A DNA stretch of 50,737 nt, counting the filler, from Circinaria calcarea (Eukaryota), in the NCBI GenBank assembly GCA_051942165.1. It is 3 parts of 3 records of this genome, joined end to end, with 100 filler letters (N's around TTAATTAATTAA, not from the genome) between each part and the next. Parts side by side here need not be neighbours in the genome. Positions count along the whole stretch, not along the records: positions 33,923 to 50,737 come from JAVECS010000299.1; 2 more parts are not named here. One strand, written 5' to 3'. The notes under the pieces were generated by a model that did not search any database, was not told the DNA's origin, and worked only from the letters and a program-made list of their open reading frames with translations. Both the position numbers and the translations under genes were made by a program. Below are positions 48,314 to 50,737 of the stretch, one piece after another (within the stretch, counting starts at the first letter, position 1; each line of letters begins with the position of its first letter).

Positions 48314-48340
48314 TAATTCTTCCACCTCCATAGCTACAAG

Positions 48341-48348
48341 TTTTTTTT
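48341..48348 (+). terminator. Pol III oligo-T terminator
   Basis: T8 directly after U6 exon 3. Confidence 0.85.
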
Positions 48349-48656
48349 AAATTTTTTATTTTCAACTTTGTAAACGGATATAATATTTTTAGGTAAAGAT
48401 TTTACGCAGTAACATATATCCACCAGAGATTTCCCTGAATTATTTTGTTGCTTTTGGCAGCGACTTTTGCTCATTCCGCCTCGGATTGGTGGCATAAGGC
48501 CTTGGCGGATCTCGCCTATTGTGCATGCATGCCAGTTATGGAGTTGGCTCTCAGCCCCGTTGGAGCCAATTTACTAACTCCAGGCGGAAATGGGAACACA
48601 TTTACAATTCATGCTCAATCTTCCCTGCGACAGTGGAATGCTTGTGAGTTGTAGAA

Positions 48657-50737
48657 ATGTCTGCGTTCAAAAGAGCGCCGGTGACAGGCGGTCCTCAAGG
48701 GGACGTTCTTGGCCGCCTACGGGAGGTACAAATTGTGGCCTCCAAGCCGGTATTACCAGCTGGTACGGATCTCTAATCTTTACGTTGACGGGCTAGCTAA
48801 CAGATGCTAGAGATTCTCTCCATAATTCTCGAATACCTTGCAGTACCAGATTTACTACATTTTGCTCGAGTATCCAAACGCATGCGGGAGATGGTCTACG
48901 ATGACACAAGATGGGTACAGCGGTTACGGTTAATAGGCTGTTGGAATGAAGCTGCTGCAAGAGCGAGAGGTGAAGAGGCAAGGCGTAGAAAGCTTGAGGC
49001 TTTCAACGCAGAACGGGAGGAGGAGCTGAAAAGAGCAGGAATTGGGGTCTCTGGCATGAGTGCTGTTGGTGGCTCTGAGTCGGCTGGAAAAGCTAGCGTT
49101 GGTACATCTCAAGTTCGAGGAAGACAAGCCTCTGAAGGTTATATAAATGGTGCCCGAGAGAATTCCTATCTGAGCGCGCAAGATGATGGCTTTGACTTCA
49201 CTACTCTATCACCGACTACACCTGACTTTTCACTTACTCACGTGCCGCTCGATGCTGCTTCTGTCCTCGAAATCATCGCGAGAGCGCGCTCTATTCGTGG
49301 CGCTGCAAGGCAGGAATATGGTCGGATTTATGGAGCATTGGGACCTTTTTACCGGGATGCTGTGCGATCTAAACACCCCTCGCATGCCAGGATCTTTCGC
49401 GTATACCGTGATCCTAACCAACAAGCACAGATGCTCGCACAGTTATATCGATTTGCCAAAAGTGATCTTTCACAAGGCTGGCAACAACGTGAAGCCAAAC
49501 TTGAGCAGATGATCTCGGCGTTCGAAAATGCTGTATCTCGCGAATTCGAACAAGGCCTAAAGCTTGAAGATGTCGATGGTAGGATGCGGAAATATGCACA
49601 CGTCCTGGTGACTTTGAATGGTGGTCAGAGAGCCGCGGAGAGGTTCGTCTCGGAGAATCCTCTCATCAAGGACCGGCTGAACCTTGGGGACCCAATGGAC
49701 TGCGTCAGTCCTGCAAGTATTGAGTATCTATCCCTGGAGGAGTCGCATGCCTTCTTCGGTCATCTATCCGCTGCTTTCAATGCACAGATAGCCATCATTG
49801 ATCGGGTTTTCCCTGCTTCGGTCAATGTTGCGATCCCCTTCCTACGCAAGGTAGGTACCGACGTCATCGCCACATACCTCAATACGGTGTTGAATTATGT
49901 TCATGAAAGGAGCATTGAATGCTATGTGCGAGCTGTTTCTGGCATGTATGAGCAAAGCCTTCGTTTCGCGAAATCGCTGCAGCCGACCCGGCTTTCGGGG
50001 GATGAGTTCTACGAGACACTGGACCAGGTGTTGACAGACATCTTTGAGCCTCATGTCAATCTATATCTTGCAGAAGAAATGGCTTTTTTTAAGCGAAGGT
50101 CGGAGATCGAGGTTAACACTTGGGAAAGACAGCTTTCCCAACAGGACGCCTCGGTCGAGTCAATGTACATGTCGAATGTCAATCGGCAAGCAGACAAGCG
50201 TGACTTTCTAACATCCTTCAAGAAAGTCGTCATGATGCCAGTGAATGTTCTACCCACATTTCCCATGTCTTCTCGATTCGGCGGCAAGACTGCGACAGCG
50301 AAAGCTTTAGTCAACGAAGAGAAGCTAGATAATCCGCAGCTGGCGACTTTACAGGAGACTACCAGACCTGGTACACCCAGTTCACTCAGTGGCTCTATGC
50401 TAATGATGCCGCGATCGTCGACTCCTGTAGCGGAACCACCAACAACGGAATTGGCTGCCAAAGCTGCTATCATGAAATCTAGATTGGAAGGAATCAGGTC
50501 ATTATTTAGCCTTGAAGTAGCGCTCAACCTGGTCCACATGGCCAAGGCAAGTATAGAGCGAGCAGCAGTATTCGCAAAAGTCAAAACCCGTTTCGAAGCT
50601 GCTGCCCATAACCAATGCGAAGCAATTTTCATCCTGCTGTTGAAGACCTTGGGAGATCGCCACGTCAGAGCGGGCTTCGACCAGGCTGTTGAGCATCTTT
50701 CCAAGTACAACCCTCGAGCTTCCAGTGACCAGAGTCA
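48657..50737 (+). CDS. RCY1: Recyclin-1 (F-box plus Sec10-like domain), runs off the window
   Basis: Absent from the ORF track because there is no stop in the window. Exon 1 to ~48762, short intron, then LPAEILSIILEYL..FARVSKRMREMVYDDTRWVQRL..ARSIRGAARQEYGRIY..ADKRDFLTSFKKVVMMPV..ELAAKAAIMKSRLEGIRSLFSLEVAL. Confidence 0.9.

Larger units (their letters stand above)
48133..48348 (+). ncRNA. U6: U6 spliceosomal snRNA with two spliceosomal introns
   Basis: Exons 48133-48148, 48202-48273, 48334-48348 join to GCCTTCGGGCATTTGGTCAATTTGAAACGATACAGAGAAGATTAGCATGGCCCCTGCACTAAGGATGACACGCTCAATCAAAGAGAAGCTACAAGTTTTT (ACAGAGA box, AGC triad, ISL). Introns GTATGT..TACTAAC..CAG and GTTAGT..TACTAAT..TAG. Confidence 0.96.

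Overview
Intron-rich filamentous ascomycete (Pezizomycotina-type) genomic DNA made of three contigs joined by two artificial 100-nt N/TTAATTAATTAA/N spacers (16879-16978, 33823-33922). (1) 0.9-16 kb: a five-gene highly reducing polyketide cluster (P450, BBE-type FAD oxidoreductase, SDR, alpha/beta-hydrolase, HR-PKS). Four genes are broken, mostly by RIP-type nonsense changes; the SDR stays intact only through a nested spliceosomal twin intron (stwintron). (2) 17-25.6 kb: three co-oriented genes (UDP-N-acetylhexosamine 6-dehydrogenase, divergent chitin-synthase-like GT2, secreted triple-WSC Ser/Thr-rich protein) suggesting an uncharacterised acidic amino-polysaccharide system. (3) 26.7-50.7 kb: mainly housekeeping genes (membrane protein, bacterial-type PARG, Iec1-like zinc finger, pyridoxal-reductase-like AKR, SAH hydrolase 3' end, F-box protein, FCF1 with an unusually long structured intron, Csi2-like protein, RCY1 5' part), a decayed ORF region, and a U6 snRNA gene interrupted by two spliceosomal introns that appear to carry its Pol III A and B boxes. 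Gene models were spliced by eye; family names come from motif recognition, not database searches.
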